Program-made: the position numbers and the translations under genes | DNA from: an uncultured delta proteobacterium | GTDB taxonomy: Bacteria; Myxococcota_A; Polyangia; Haliangiales; Haliangiaceae | Direction: 5' to 3' | Assembly: GCA_963743525.1 (NCBI GenBank) | Contig: CAVUQH010000002.1 | Coordinates: 64,001 to 128,000, forward strand | Length of the DNA: 64,000 nucleotides | The notes under the pieces: model-generated | Databases searched by the model: none | Told to the model about the DNA's origin: nothing | What the model saw: only the letters and a program-made list of their open reading frames with translations | In this document: one piece after another, positions 45,096 to 55,896 of the stretch | Numbering within the stretch: the first letter of the stretch is position 1 | Layout of the letters: each line of letters starts with the position of its first letter

Positions 45096-46715
45096 ATGAG
45101 CGTGCACCGCCCCACCTACATCGTCGCCGCCGCCCTCATGGCGCTCCTGACAACCGCTTGCACGGAGCACAACCCGCGCTACTGCGACTCCAACGCGGAC
45201 TGCAAGAGCAGCGACTATCCGTTCTGCGACATCAACGGTGCGTTCGGCGCCGGCAGCGTGCGCAACCGATGCATCGCCGCGCCCGGCGACGGCGGTGTGA
45301 TGACCTGCGACACCAGCGCCGACTGCACGAAAGCCAATGCGCCGATCTGCAGCACCGGATCGATGGCCTGTCTACCGTGCACCGAGGGATCGCAGGGCGA
45401 CGCCGACTGCACCGCCCGGGATCCCAACACGCCGATCTGCACCAGCGACGGTCGCTGCGTCGCCTGCAGCGGCGACCTCGACTGTCCCGACACGATGCCG
45501 CTGTGCGGCAGTGACGACATGTGCACGACCTGCACCGACGGCGCCATGGGCGACAGCGCCTGCGCCGCCCGCGACGCCACCGAGCCCTATTGTCTGGGCG
45601 GCGGCTGCGTCGAGTGCGTCGCCGACACGGACTGCCCGATGACCGAGCCGGTCTGTGACGGCGACGGTCACTTCTGCCGGCCGTGCACCGGCCATCCCGA
45701 GTGCACCTCGAAGGTGTGCGATCCGGACAACGGCCAGTGCGTGCCCGACGGCTCCATCATCTACGTCAACCGCGACATGGGCACCGACAGCCAGAGCTGC
45801 GGCAGCCTGAACAACCCCTGCCAGAGCATCAGCGGAACCTACGGCGGACTGGCCAAGGTCGCCGCCAAGAAGATCATTCGTGTGTTCGGCAGCAGCAGCG
45901 CGTACCAGGGTCAGGTGGACATCAACGGCCTGAGCGTCACCATCTACGGCGACGGCGCCACCATCAATCCGGTGTCGTCGGACGTCCCCGCCCTGCTCGT
46001 CCGCAACGGCGCCACGGCGGTCGTCGAAGGCCTGACGATCTCCCGCGCCGCCGGCAGCCTGGGCGACGGCGTCAACTGTCGCGGTCCCAACACCACCCTG
46101 CGCCTCTACCACGTGGAGGTCGCCGACAACGACGGCCAGGGCGTCAACGCCGCCGACGGCTGCACGCTCGAGGTCGAGCGCGCGACCATCGACCACAACA
46201 CCAGCGGCGGCGTGCTGATCAGCAACACCAGCTTCACCCTGATCAACAACTTCATCACCCGCAACGGCGAAGCGGGCACCAGCGGCAGCCTGTTCGGCGG
46301 GGTGCGCATCAGCAACGGCGGTGACTTCACCCAGGTGTTCGACTTCAACACCATCGCCGACAGCCGGGCCAACAGCAACAGCGCGGGCGCCGGCGTCTCG
46401 TGCGAGGTGACCAAGGCGATGACGGCGTCGAACAACATCGTCTACCTGCGCACCGGCGGCACCGGGATCATCAGCAACACCAACTGCTCGTGGACCTACT
46501 CTGACGTCCAGGGCGGCCCCGCCGGCACCGGCAACATCGACATGGACCCGCTGTTCGTCGATTCGAACAACGTCAACTTCCACCTGCTGCCGACCTCCCC
46601 GTGCCGCGACAAGGCCGAGGACGGAACCGGCAACGACATCGACATCGACGGCCAAGACCGCCCCGAAGGCGCCCACGCCGACATCGGCGCCGACGAGGTC
46701 CACGACAACAACTAG
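45096..46715 (+). CDS. Cys-rich lipoprotein with right-handed beta-helix domain
   Basis: LTTAC, Cys repeats, parallel beta-helix, C-terminal GNIDMDPLF...FHL...SPC...DIGADE. Confidence 0.78.
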   Translation: MSVHRPTYIVAAALMALLTTACTEHNPRYCDSNADCKSSDYPFCDINGAFGAGSVRNRCIAAPGDGGVMTCDTSADCTKANAPICSTGSMACLPCTEGSQGDADCTARDPNTPICTSDGRCVACSGDLDCPDTMPLCGSDDMCTTCTDGAMGDSACAARDATEPYCLGGGCVECVADTDCPMTEPVCDGDGHFCRPCTGHPECTSKVCDPDNGQCVPDGSIIYVNRDMGTDSQSCGSLNNPCQSISGTYGGLAKVAAKKIIRVFGSSSAYQGQVDINGLSVTIYGDGATINPVSSDVPALLVRNGATAVVEGLTISRAAGSLGDGVNCRGPNTTLRLYHVEVADNDGQGVNAADGCTLEVERATIDHNTSGGVLISNTSFTLINNFITRNGEAGTSGSLFGGVRISNGGDFTQVFDFNTIADSRANSNSAGAGVSCEVTKAMTASNNIVYLRTGGTGIISNTNCSWTYSDVQGGPAGTGNIDMDPLFVDSNNVNFHLLPTSPCRDKAEDGTGNDIDIDGQDRPEGAHADIGADEVHDNN

Positions 46716-48124
46716 TTGGCCGGGACGGTCGTACCCGCCGCGGTCGAGTCGATCATGTCACCGATGTTGTTGACCTCGGTGTCGCGGGTGCCGAGCTGGC
46801 CGGTCTCGCCGCTGAGCCAGTTCCACTCGATGAACTTGACGATCGACGAGTGCTCCATGGTCACGTGCGAGATGTAGTTGCTCTTGGCCATCGGTCCCAG
46901 GGCCATGAAGATGGTGCGGACGCCGTACGGCTGGCAGTCGACGGTGCTGGTCGGCGGCGGAGCGACGTGGTCGAAGTAGCCGCCACCCTCGTCGTAGACC
47001 AGCAGGATGAGGGTGTTGTCCTTGTAGGTGTTGGAGTTGAGGACGGCGTCGACGATGCCGGTCACGAAGGTCGCGCCCTCGGAGATGGTGTTCTGGAAGC
47101 CCGGGTGCTCGGTGCGGAAGCCGATCGCCTTGACGAAGCTGACCGACGGCAGGGTGCCGTTGGTGATGTCGTCGGTGAACTTGCTGATGTCCTTGAAGTT
47201 GGCCGGCTTGTCCTGCAGCGACGGGTAGTACTGGAACGGCACGTCGGTCGGGTCGTAGATGCACGGGTAGGCCTGGAAGTTGACGTGGCAGCCGGTCTGC
47301 GCGTCCGGGCAGCTGCCGTTGCCGACCGCGGTGACCATGTCGTCGTAGCCGCCGCCGTACCAGCTCCAGGTGACGCTGCAGTCGTTGAGGATGTCGGCGA
47401 TGGTGGTGTCGGTGTAGTCGGTGCCGGAGGATCCGCCGAACCCGCAGCTGCCGCCGATCGAGTTGGTGCCCACGGTGTTGTCCTTGAACACGAAGTGGGC
47501 GCGGGCGAAATACATGTCGTTGGACGAGCTGGCGCCGAGCACCGGCTGGAAGTAGTTGTCGGCCAGCGCGTAGCTCTGGGCGTAGGTGACGTACGGCGCC
47601 GCCGGGCCGGTGGTCGGGTCGGCGTAGGCGAAGTTCTTGGCGTCGGCGCAGCCGCTGATCCCGTCGACGAAGCCGTTCATGGCGCCGCCATTGACCTGCG
47701 TCTGGTTGCAGTCGAAGGTGTGGTTCGGATCGAAGGCGCCGTTGGCGGTGTCGTCCAGCGTGATCGGGCTGGAGCTCGGTGAGCCCGGCGCCTCGGTCGG
47801 CGCGGCCTCGCAGCAGGACGGGCCGCTGGTGCAGGTCGGTGACGATCCGGTTGCCGCCGTGCACCACTTGCCGAAGTAGTTGTCGAAGGAGTGGTTCTCC
47901 TGGACGATCACCACCAGGTGCTCGATGTTGGACTGAGCGCCGCTGCCGCAGGTGACCGCGGTCTTGGTCGGCGTGGTCGGCACGCACCCGCCCGCGTCGG
48001 CGCCGGGGCCGTCGGTCGGCGGCGCCGCGTCGGCGCGCGGGCGAGCGTCGGGGTTGCTGTTGCCTCCCCCACCGCAAGAAACGAGTCCGAGCCCCAGGAT
48101 GCAAGCCACGAGATAGTCGCGCAT
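46712..48124 (-). CDS. Phosphoesterase / phospholipase C family lipoprotein
   Basis: IEHLVVIVQENHSFDNYFG, LADNYF, EHP, YDEGGGYFDHV, HSSIVKFIE. Confidence 0.9.
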   Translation of the reverse strand: MRDYLVACILGLGLVSCGGGGNSNPDARPRADAAPPTDGPGADAGGCVPTTPTKTAVTCGSGAQSNIEHLVVIVQENHSFDNYFGKWCTAATGSSPTCTSGPSCCEAAPTEAPGSPSSSPITLDDTANGAFDPNHTFDCNQTQVNGGAMNGFVDGISGCADAKNFAYADPTTGPAAPYVTYAQSYALADNYFQPVLGASSSNDMYFARAHFVFKDNTVGTNSIGGSCGFGGSSGTDYTDTTIADILNDCSVTWSWYGGGYDDMVTAVGNGSCPDAQTGCHVNFQAYPCIYDPTDVPFQYYPSLQDKPANFKDISKFTDDITNGTLPSVSFVKAIGFRTEHPGFQNTISEGATFVTGIVDAVLNSNTYKDNTLILLVYDEGGGYFDHVAPPPTSTVDCQPYGVRTIFMALGPMAKSNYISHVTMEHSSIVKFIEWNWLSGETGQLGTRDTEVNNIGDMIDSTAAGTTVPAN

Positions 48125-48168
48125 GGCCGCATCATAACGCTACCCGGCCCGCTCCGGGGCGCCGGAGA

Positions 48169-49446
48169 TCACACGGCCCGGCGGCGCCTGCGGAGCAAAC
48201 CGACCAGGCCGATCAGGAGCAACCAGACGCCCGCCGGCGAGCCGCCGGCCGCACAGCCGCCGTTCACGTCGTTGTTGCCGTTGCCGTTGCCGCCACCGCC
48301 ACCGCCACCACCCGAGCCCGACCCGGGCCAGCAGACGCTGGTGCCGTTGCTGGCGCTGACGCAGTCGAATCCATCGGGGCAGCTGTTGTTGGCGTCGCAG
48401 CTCTGGGTGCAGGTGCCACCCGTCGTGGTCATGCCACACAGGCCCGAGGCGCACTGGGTGCTGTCCTGACAGTCGGCGCCCAGGCCACCTGGCTGGTACG
48501 GAGCCGGCTCACACTGGCCGTTGGAGCCACACACGTCACCGTTGGGGCAGTCGCTGTTGCCCGCGCAGATCGGGCAGTCCGGATCGATCGGCAGCGCGCC
48601 CGAGCCGCAGACGTTGTTGCAGGCGCCGTCGGCCTGGCACTGCAGCTCCGGCACGTGCTGGTAGAGGAAGTCGAGCTCGGCATCCACGCGGGTGTCGGCG
48701 CCCATCTGCTGGCAGTTCTGGTCGCCGAACGAAGTCACGCCGACCACGCGCTGCACGCCGTTGATGGTGGCGTAGGACGGGCCGCCGCTGTCGCCGCTGC
48801 ACTTGCCGGTGCCGTCGGTCTGCGAGTAGCAGAGCAGGTTGTTGTCGGACTCGCCGTAGGTCGAGCACGACACCGTCTGCTTGCCCTGCAGGTAGTACAA
48901 CGTGCCGGCCGAGCTCTGGTTGCCGACCTGGCTGATGCCGTAGCCGACCTGCAGCACCGCGATGCCGACCGGCGCGTCCGCCTTGAGGCGATTGATCGGC
49001 GTCGGCGCGCGGTCGGTGACCGGCGACGACAGTTTGACCAGGCCGATGTCGTTGTCGCCCAGCGCCTGCTCGGAGAAGCCGGGCTCGGGGAACGTGTCGG
49101 CGGCGCTGTGCTGGCTGCCGCTGTTGGAGTTCAGGTCGGTCGCATCGACGAGCACGATCGTGCTCGACGTCACTTGTGCCTGAGTGCTGTAGCCGAGCAG
49201 CGACGGGGTCACGCAGTGCGCCGCAGTCAGCACCCACTGCGGGGTGATCAGCGTGCCGCTGCACAGGCTGCCGGCGGTATTGTAGATGGCCACGGCGGTG
49301 GGGAACTGACCTACGCTACCCGGCTGGCCGCCCAGGATGGGCGCGCTAACAGAGCCCGTGGAGATGTCCCCTTCCACCGTACAAGCCGAAAGCAGTGCGG
49401 CCGCCATGGCGAACCGCAACGAGTGGGACATCAACGTGGTGCGCAT
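48169..49446 (-). CDS. S1 trypsin-like protease, Cys-rich, MYXO-CTERM
   Basis: ILGG, LTAAHC, DIGLV, CSGDSGGP, GGCAAG...WLLL...RRRRR. Confidence 0.9.
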   Translation of the reverse strand: MRTTLMSHSLRFAMAAALLSACTVEGDISTGSVSAPILGGQPGSVGQFPTAVAIYNTAGSLCSGTLITPQWVLTAAHCVTPSLLGYSTQAQVTSSTIVLVDATDLNSNSGSQHSAADTFPEPGFSEQALGDNDIGLVKLSSPVTDRAPTPINRLKADAPVGIAVLQVGYGISQVGNQSSAGTLYYLQGKQTVSCSTYGESDNNLLCYSQTDGTGKCSGDSGGPSYATINGVQRVVGVTSFGDQNCQQMGADTRVDAELDFLYQHVPELQCQADGACNNVCGSGALPIDPDCPICAGNSDCPNGDVCGSNGQCEPAPYQPGGLGADCQDSTQCASGLCGMTTTGGTCTQSCDANNSCPDGFDCVSASNGTSVCWPGSGSGGGGGGGGNGNGNNDVNGGCAAGGSPAGVWLLLIGLVGLLRRRRRAV

Positions 49447-49576
49447 AGCACCGGTAAGTGTCGCGCTGACGGGCACAGCGCGCCGCTAACAAGGACCGGC
49501 TTTTGCCGGCCCTGGGCGCGCGGATCGTAAACTTCACGCAGCACCTCCAACGCGCGCGTATAGCAGAGGGAGTAAG

Positions 49577-51070
49577 ATGGCCCCCGTGACCACCGAGCGC
49601 CCCGAGCGATACGACCTCGTAATCCTTGGTGCAGGCCCGGCCGGCTACGCAGCGGCGGTGCGCGCACACGATTTGGGCAAGCAGGTGCTGCTGATCGAGA
49701 AGGATCGCATCGGTGGACGAGGGATCCAGGAGGGCGCGCTGTCGTCGAAGACGATGTGGCACCTGGCCAACGACTATGCCGGCGCGCGGCGCAACGATCG
49801 CGGCTTCGTCGCCCACGACGTCAACCTGTCGTACGCGTCGGTCATGCGCGCGGTCAACGCCGCAGTGTGCGAGCGTCGCGAGCTGCTCAGCCGCCAGCTG
49901 GAAGGTCTTGGTGGCGTCGGTTGCGCCACCGGCGGCCGGGTCTGGCGCGAGTCGGGCACCGGTCGCTTCGTCTCGCCGCACGAGGTCAACATCGAGCGCG
50001 CCGACGGCAGCGCGCTGCGCGTGCGCGGCGATCATTTCCTCATCGCCACTGGATCGGTGCCGCGGCGGCTGCCCGGCATCGACGTCAACGGCGACCTGGT
50101 GGTCACCAGCGATCACATCGAAAGCTGGCCGTCGTTCCCCGAAAGCATGGTCGTGGTCGGCGCGGGCGTGGTCGGTTGCGAGTTTGCCACGGTGTTCGGC
50201 CACTACGGTCGGACCAAGCTGTATCTGCTCGACCGCCGCCCGCGCATCTTGCCGTTCGAGGACGAAGACGTCTCGCAGCTGATCACCCACAGCTTCGAGA
50301 AGATGGGCGTGACCATCCACCGGGAGGCCAACCTCGAGTCGCTGAAGGTCGTCAACGGCAAAGTCGAGTACGTGGTCACCTCACCCGAAGGGACCCGGAC
50401 CGTGCGTGTGGACCGCGCGCTGATCTCGGCCGGGCGCGTTCCCAACACGGCCAACCTCGGCCTCGACGCGGCCGGTGTCGAGGTCGGCCGCTCCGGCAGC
50501 ATCACCGTCAACGGCACCCGCACCACTGCGCGCCACATCTTCGCCGCCGGCGACACCACCGCCGACGTCGCCCTGGCCAACGTCGCCGAGCTCGAGGGCC
50601 GCCACGCGGTGGAGACGATGTTCGGCGTGGCGCCCCATCCGATCCGCTACGACGCGCTCAGCGCGATCATGTTCCTCCACCCGGAGGTGGCGTCGGTCGG
50701 CCTGGGCGAGCAGCAGGCGCGCGAGCGCAAGGTGCCGTACCGGGTCGCGGTGGTGCACAACCAGCTGGTCAGCCGCAACGTCGCCATGCGCTCCACCGGC
50801 GGCTTCATCAAGCTCCTGGCTCGCCCGGACAGCCACCGCATCCTCGGCCTGCGTGTGGTCGGCCCGCAGGCGTCGAGCTGCATCCAGGGAATCGCGTTCC
50901 TGATCGAGAAGGACGCCACCCTGGAAGACATCGACTACTGCGTCCACCCCCACCCCGCCGTCACCGAAGGGGTGCAGGAGTGCGCGCGGCTGCTGCTGGG
51001 ACGGTCGCTGCACAAGCCGTCGTTCCTGCCCAGCGAGCTGTTGCGCGTCGACGAGTACCTGCCGGACTAG
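49577..51070 (+). CDS. Pyridine nucleotide-disulfide oxidoreductase family (Lpd-like, lacking redox Cys pair)
   Basis: GAGPAG, ATGS, GAGVVGCE, FAAGD, HPHPAVTE. GGRGIQEGALSSK replaces GGxCxxxGCxPSK. Confidence 0.85.
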   Translation: MAPVTTERPERYDLVILGAGPAGYAAAVRAHDLGKQVLLIEKDRIGGRGIQEGALSSKTMWHLANDYAGARRNDRGFVAHDVNLSYASVMRAVNAAVCERRELLSRQLEGLGGVGCATGGRVWRESGTGRFVSPHEVNIERADGSALRVRGDHFLIATGSVPRRLPGIDVNGDLVVTSDHIESWPSFPESMVVVGAGVVGCEFATVFGHYGRTKLYLLDRRPRILPFEDEDVSQLITHSFEKMGVTIHREANLESLKVVNGKVEYVVTSPEGTRTVRVDRALISAGRVPNTANLGLDAAGVEVGRSGSITVNGTRTTARHIFAAGDTTADVALANVAELEGRHAVETMFGVAPHPIRYDALSAIMFLHPEVASVGLGEQQARERKVPYRVAVVHNQLVSRNVAMRSTGGFIKLLARPDSHRILGLRVVGPQASSCIQGIAFLIEKDATLEDIDYCVHPHPAVTEGVQECARLLLGRSLHKPSFLPSELLRVDEYLPD

Positions 51071-53016
51071 CGGCGCCGCAGCGCTTCGGCGTCGGCGGGA
51101 TGGCCCGCGCCGCGATAGATCGCGGCCAGCTCGCGGCGCGCCTGGACGTCGCCCGGGGAGATGCTCAACGCCCGGCGAAGATCGAGATAGGCGTCGCGAA
51201 TGTGTCCCTGGCGGTTGCGCAGGATGCCGCGGTTGCGCAGCGACTGGCCGTCGTCGGGATCGAGCTCGATGGCGCGGCCCAGCGCCCGGTCGGCATCGTC
51301 GAACCGCCCGCGGCGCAGGTCGACGAAGCCGCGGGTGCGCCAGACCGCCGCCGACTCGGGATGCGTGCGCTCGAGCTGGTCGAGCATTTCCAGGCCGGCG
51401 TCGGTCTTGCCGGCGGCCAGGTAGACCATCGCGCGCGCGACCGCGGTGTCGACATCGGATGGCACGTCGGCGACGCGGCGGTCGAAGTCGGCCATGGTCT
51501 TGTCCGCGTCGGCGCCGCCGAGGACGCCGTCGGGTACCAGAGGCGCGCCGCCCGTGGCGGTGAGCGACGACAGGTCGCCGGCCGGCGCGTCGTTGGCCAG
51601 ATCGGCCGGCGCCAGCGGGGTGAGCTCGGCCAGTGCCTCGCCGGTGGCCGGCGCCGACTGGTTGGCCGCCGCCAGCCGAGCCCGGCGCTGTTCCTCCTCC
51701 TGCACGTCGAGCCCGCGCTCGAACAGATTGACGAAGCTGCCGACCACCTTCATCGCCTGCTGGTCGTCGGCGGTGGGCGCGCTGCGGGTGACGGTGACCT
51801 GGCTCCCGGACGGCAGGCTGAAGCCGCCGCTCTGCTGGGTATCGTCACCGCGGCCGACCACCGCCAGCACCACGGCGGCGCCGACGATCAGCACCAGCGC
51901 CGCCAGGGCGGCGAACACCAGCCCCCGGCGCGAGCGCACCGCTGCGGCGGGCGCTGCCGCGGGCGCCTCGCTGGCCTCGGCCTGCTCGGACAGCGCGCGC
52001 AGCGCGGGATCGTCGGGGACGTAGGCCAGACCGCGATCGATCTGCCGCAGAGCCACGAACGCGCGCCCGGCGGCCATCGCCTCGCGCGCCTCGCGCTCGA
52101 CCCGGGCCACGCGAAACCGGGCGATCCGTTCCTGGTAGCCGACCGGATCGGCGACCAGCGCGGCGCGCTCGGCGGCGATGCCGTCGCCGTCGGTCCAGTC
52201 GATCATCGCCGCCAGCGCGGCGGCCAGCTCGTCCATCGCCGGACGCGCGGCCGGGTCGGCCGCAAGGCAGCGCCCGACCAGCGCCGACAGCGCCTCGCTC
52301 ACCCGCCGGTCGGCCGCCGACAGCGGGGCAAAGCTGCCGACCAGGATCGCGGCTGCTTCCTCGGCCGGGCGGTCGCGTGCGAACGGCCGCGCGCCGGCGA
52401 TCCACTCGTAGATCAGGACGCCCATCGCCCAGACGTCGACGGCCGGTCCCACGCCCCGCCCTTCGACCTGCTCGGGCGCCATGTACGGCACCGAGCCGAC
52501 CACCGCGCCCTCCTCGGTGTAGCGGGTGTCGCCGGCGCCGAGCGCGAGGCCCAGGTCGCAGAGCAGCAGCTGGCCGTCCGGCTGCGCCAGCGCGTTCTCC
52601 GGCTTGACGTCGCGATGGACCAGGCCTGCCCGGTGCATCGCCGCCAGCGCCGAGGCCAGCGGTGCGGCCAGGAGCAGCGCCCCCTCCGGGCACAGGCGGG
52701 CGCCGGCCACCAGCGCCCGCAGCGACTGCCCGGTGACCAGCGGGGTGACCAGATACGGGCCCAGCTCGTCGTCCACGCCGCTGTCGAGCAGCGGGATCAG
52801 GTGCGGATGCGCCAGCTCGCCCAGGGCCCGGATCTCCCGCTCGATGCGGGCCCGAGCGGCGGCATCGTCCAGCTCGGCCGACGGCGCCAGCAGCTTGATC
52901 GCCACCAACGGGCCGTCGGCGGCGCGGGCCCGGTGCACGTGGGCCGTTCCGCCCTCGCCAACGCGCTCGAGCAGCTGGTATGAACCTATGGTTATGGAGG
53001 ACGCGGGCCTGGTCAT
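51067..53016 (-). CDS. Ser/Thr protein kinase with TM and C-terminal TPRs
   Basis: VGEGG, VAIK, HRDVKPEN, DLG, GSVPYMAPE. Start approximate. Confidence 0.87.
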   Translation of the reverse strand: MTRPASSITIGSYQLLERVGEGGTAHVHRARAADGPLVAIKLLAPSAELDDAAARARIEREIRALGELAHPHLIPLLDSGVDDELGPYLVTPLVTGQSLRALVAGARLCPEGALLLAAPLASALAAMHRAGLVHRDVKPENALAQPDGQLLLCDLGLALGAGDTRYTEEGAVVGSVPYMAPEQVEGRGVGPAVDVWAMGVLIYEWIAGARPFARDRPAEEAAAILVGSFAPLSAADRRVSEALSALVGRCLAADPAARPAMDELAAALAAMIDWTDGDGIAAERAALVADPVGYQERIARFRVARVEREAREAMAAGRAFVALRQIDRGLAYVPDDPALRALSEQAEASEAPAAAPAAAVRSRRGLVFAALAALVLIVGAAVVLAVVGRGDDTQQSGGFSLPSGSQVTVTRSAPTADDQQAMKVVGSFVNLFERGLDVQEEEQRRARLAAANQSAPATGEALAELTPLAPADLANDAPAGDLSSLTATGGAPLVPDGVLGGADADKTMADFDRRVADVPSDVDTAVARAMVYLAAGKTDAGLEMLDQLERTHPESAAVWRTRGFVDLRRGRFDDADRALGRAIELDPDDGQSLRNRGILRNRQGHIRDAYLDLRRALSISPGDVQARRELAAIYRGAGHPADAEALRRR

Positions 53017-54706
53017 CGCCATCGCCCCCACCGCGGGCGCAGTGCCGATCCGGGTAGCGGTCGTGAAAGCTATCACGACGGTCGGGTCGGCACACGAGGC
53101 CGATGTGAGGCTGGCCGGACTGCCGCCGGAGTGGGCGGTGATCCATCGCGATCCCGACGGGTTGACCGTGCGCCTCCTGGCCGGCGGCGACCGGGTGCGG
53201 CTGGCGCCGGGGCAGCGCGGCGAGCTGGGCGGGGTGCCGCTGGCGTGCGAGCGCCCGGGCGGACGGGTCCCGGCGAGCGAGCTGGCCACCCGCCTGGCAG
53301 CCGCCGAGTCGCCGGCCCAGGCGCTGCGCGCGGTGCTCGAGGTGGCCATCGCCGCCGCCGGCGCGTCGCACGGCGCCATCATCGTCACCGACGAGGGCGC
53401 CTACCAGGTGGCGGTGGCGCTCGACGCCGACGGCCGCCAGCTCGACGACGCCGCCGAGCTTCTGTCGGACACCATCGTCCGCGAGGTCCTCGGCAGCGGC
53501 GAGCGCATCAACCTGGCCGACGCCCTGGCCGACACCCGCTACCAGTCGGTGCCCTCGGTGGCGCGCCTGCGCCTGCGCTCCGTCGCCTGCCTGCCGATGT
53601 TGATCGAGGGACGGCCGGTCGGCGCGCTGTTCCTCGGCCGCCGCGCCGCCGGCGGCGCCTTCGACGAGGCGGTGCTGGCCGAGCTGCGCGTCGTCGCGGC
53701 GATGGCGGTGCCGCTGGTGGCGCAGCTGCGCGCCCGCGACGCAGCGCCGGCGGCAGCCGCGGTGGCCGAGCTGCTGGGCGAATCCGACGGCGTGCACGCT
53801 GTCCGCGATCTGGTCGCGCGCGTCGGGCCGACCGATCTCAGCGTGCTGGTCCTGGGCGAGTCGGGCACCGGCAAGGAGCTGGTCGCCCGTGCCTTGCACG
53901 CGGCCAGCCCGCGCGCGGGCAAGCCACTGGTGGCGCTCAACTGCGCGTCGGTGCCCGAGAGCCTGCTCGGCGCCGAGCTGTTCGGCTACAAGCGCGGCGC
54001 CTTCACCGGCGCCAACACCGATCGCCCCGGCCTGATCGAAGCGGCCGATGGCTCGACGCTGTTCCTCGACGAGGTCGGCGACATGCCGCTGGCCATGCAG
54101 GCGGCGCTGCTCCGCGTGCTCGAACAGCGCGAGGTCAAGCGCCTGGGCGAGCACGAGCCGCGCCCGGTCGACTTTCGCCTGGTGGCGGCGACCCACCGCG
54201 ACCTGACTGCGGCCGCCCGCGACGGCAGCTTCCGCGAAGACCTCTTGTTCCGCCTGCAAGAGGTGTCGGTGGAGCTGCCGCCGCTGCGCGACCGCGGCGA
54301 TGACATCGTGCTGCTGGCCCACGTCTTCCTGCGCCAGGCCGAGCGGCAACTGTCGCTGGCGGCCCACGCCATCGGCGCCGGCGCCGAGAGCGCGCTGCGC
54401 AACCACCCGTGGCCGGGCAACGTCCGCGAGCTGCGCGCCACCTTGCGCCGCGCGGCGGTGCTGGCCGAGGCCGCGACGATCCACGCCGCCGACCTGCGCC
54501 TGAGCGGCGCCCCTGCCGACGCGCCGGCACCCGCCGGTGACGGCGCAGGCCAGCTCGGCGACCTGGCCCGGCCCCTGGCCGAGGCCCGCGACACGTTCGT
54601 CAACCGCTACGTGCGCGCGGTGCTCGAGCAGCACGGCGGCAATCGCGAGGCCACCGCCCGCGCCCTGGGCATCGGCCTGCGCACGCTGTACCGCTATCTG
54701 TCGTAG
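52994..54706 (+). CDS. Sigma54-dependent activator (degenerate FHA-like, GAF, AAA+, Fis HTH)
   Basis: [41 protein letters not shown]. Confidence 0.92.
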   Translation: MEDAGLVIAIAPTAGAVPIRVAVVKAITTVGSAHEADVRLAGLPPEWAVIHRDPDGLTVRLLAGGDRVRLAPGQRGELGGVPLACERPGGRVPASELATRLAAAESPAQALRAVLEVAIAAAGASHGAIIVTDEGAYQVAVALDADGRQLDDAAELLSDTIVREVLGSGERINLADALADTRYQSVPSVARLRLRSVACLPMLIEGRPVGALFLGRRAAGGAFDEAVLAELRVVAAMAVPLVAQLRARDAAPAAAAVAELLGESDGVHAVRDLVARVGPTDLSVLVLGESGTGKELVARALHAASPRAGKPLVALNCASVPESLLGAELFGYKRGAFTGANTDRPGLIEAADGSTLFLDEVGDMPLAMQAALLRVLEQREVKRLGEHEPRPVDFRLVAATHRDLTAAARDGSFREDLLFRLQEVSVELPPLRDRGDDIVLLAHVFLRQAERQLSLAAHAIGAGAESALRNHPWPGNVRELRATLRRAAVLAEAATIHAADLRLSGAPADAPAPAGDGAGQLGDLARPLAEARDTFVNRYVRAVLEQHGGNREATARALGIGLRTLYRYLS

Positions 54707-54708
54707 CC

Positions 54709-55896
54709 TCACGCCAACACCGGCGGCGCCGACCAGCGCCAGAACATGTCGCTGCGAAAGAGCGTGCCATCCGCGTGGCGAAAGAGGAGCTGGCCGCCGT
54801 CGTGGTCGACCTGCAGGTGCCCGTCGTGGACCCGCCGATGGTGCGTCGAGCAGAGCAGCACCAGATTGCCCGGCGCGTGCGTGCCACCCCGGGCGCGGTG
54901 GCGGATGTGGTGCACATCGAGCCACGTCGCGTTGCCGCAGCCGGGCACCGCACAGCGGTGGTGAAAGGCGCGAACCACCGCGCGCCGCACCGATGGTGGA
55001 ATCGACTGCGTCGCCCGGCCCTCGAGGGACGCCGGAATGCGGGTGTGGTCACACTCGATCGCCGCGACCGTCGCAGCGTCCAGCTGCACGCTGCGGCCAT
55101 CGGCCTCGACGAACACGCGCGCGCAATCATCGCAGCGACTCACCGCGACCTGATAGCCCGGTCGCCCGCCGCCTGCATCCCCGTTCCCGTCCCCGTCCCC
55201 ATCCCGCGCCGCGCCCGAACCGCGCGCAGCGGCGAGAAAGCCCCGCGCGATCATCGCCAGCGCGGCATCCTCGTCAACCGGCCCGCCCCCCGAGCCATCG
55301 CCCAACCCATCGCCCAACCCATCGCCCAACCCATCGCCCAACCCATCGCCCAACCCATCGCCCAACCCATCGCCCAACCCATCAATCGACTGCCGCGCGA
55401 TGCGGATCGCCTCCCGCACCATCGCGTACGTCTCCGGCGACACCTCGAACGCCAGCGTCCGCAAAAGCTCGCTGCGATCGGCGATCGTCCCCGGCCGATC
55501 ACCCCGCGCCAGCCCGGCGACCATCTCGGCCACCTCGCGCGCGCTCTGCCCGCGAGCGGCAACCAGCCAGTCGTTCTCGGTATCACCCGTCGCCACCCGC
55601 GACAGCTCGCGCACATGCGTCCACGCGATCTCGCCATCGGCCAGCGCCTCCGCCATCGCCGGCAGCTCCGCCAGCGCCAGCGCCGTGCGGATCCGCTCGC
55701 GCGCCGTCTTGCGCCCATACCCGAGCACCGCCTCCAGATACGCCGCATAGCTGGCATACCCATACGCCTCCCAGATCCGCACCGCGTGCCCGGCGCGAAG
55801 GTAATGCGCCTCCGCCGCATCGAGCTCCGCGCGGTCGCGCCCCAGCGCGCGAAGCTGCCGGTGAATATCGCCAATCCCCAACGTCACCTCGCCCAT
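54709..55896 (-). CDS. HNH endonuclease (DUF222-like helical N-terminus)
   Basis: RCAVPGC...LDVHHI...GGTH...NLVLLCSTHHRRVH. Confidence 0.85.
   Translation of the reverse strand: MGEVTLGIGDIHRQLRALGRDRAELDAAEAHYLRAGHAVRIWEAYGYASYAAYLEAVLGYGRKTARERIRTALALAELPAMAEALADGEIAWTHVRELSRVATGDTENDWLVAARGQSAREVAEMVAGLARGDRPGTIADRSELLRTLAFEVSPETYAMVREAIRIARQSIDGLGDGLGDGLGDGLGDGLGDGLGDGLGDGSGGGPVDEDAALAMIARGFLAAARGSGAARDGDGDGNGDAGGGRPGYQVAVSRCDDCARVFVEADGRSVQLDAATVAAIECDHTRIPASLEGRATQSIPPSVRRAVVRAFHHRCAVPGCGNATWLDVHHIRHRARGGTHAPGNLVLLCSTHHRRVHDGHLQVDHDGGQLLFRHADGTLFRSDMFWRWSAPPVLA
55295..55383. repeat. 12-bp coding tandem repeat (CCATCGCCCAAC)x7
   Basis: Seven perfect units encoding DGLG repeats inside the HNH gene. 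Confidence 0.95.
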
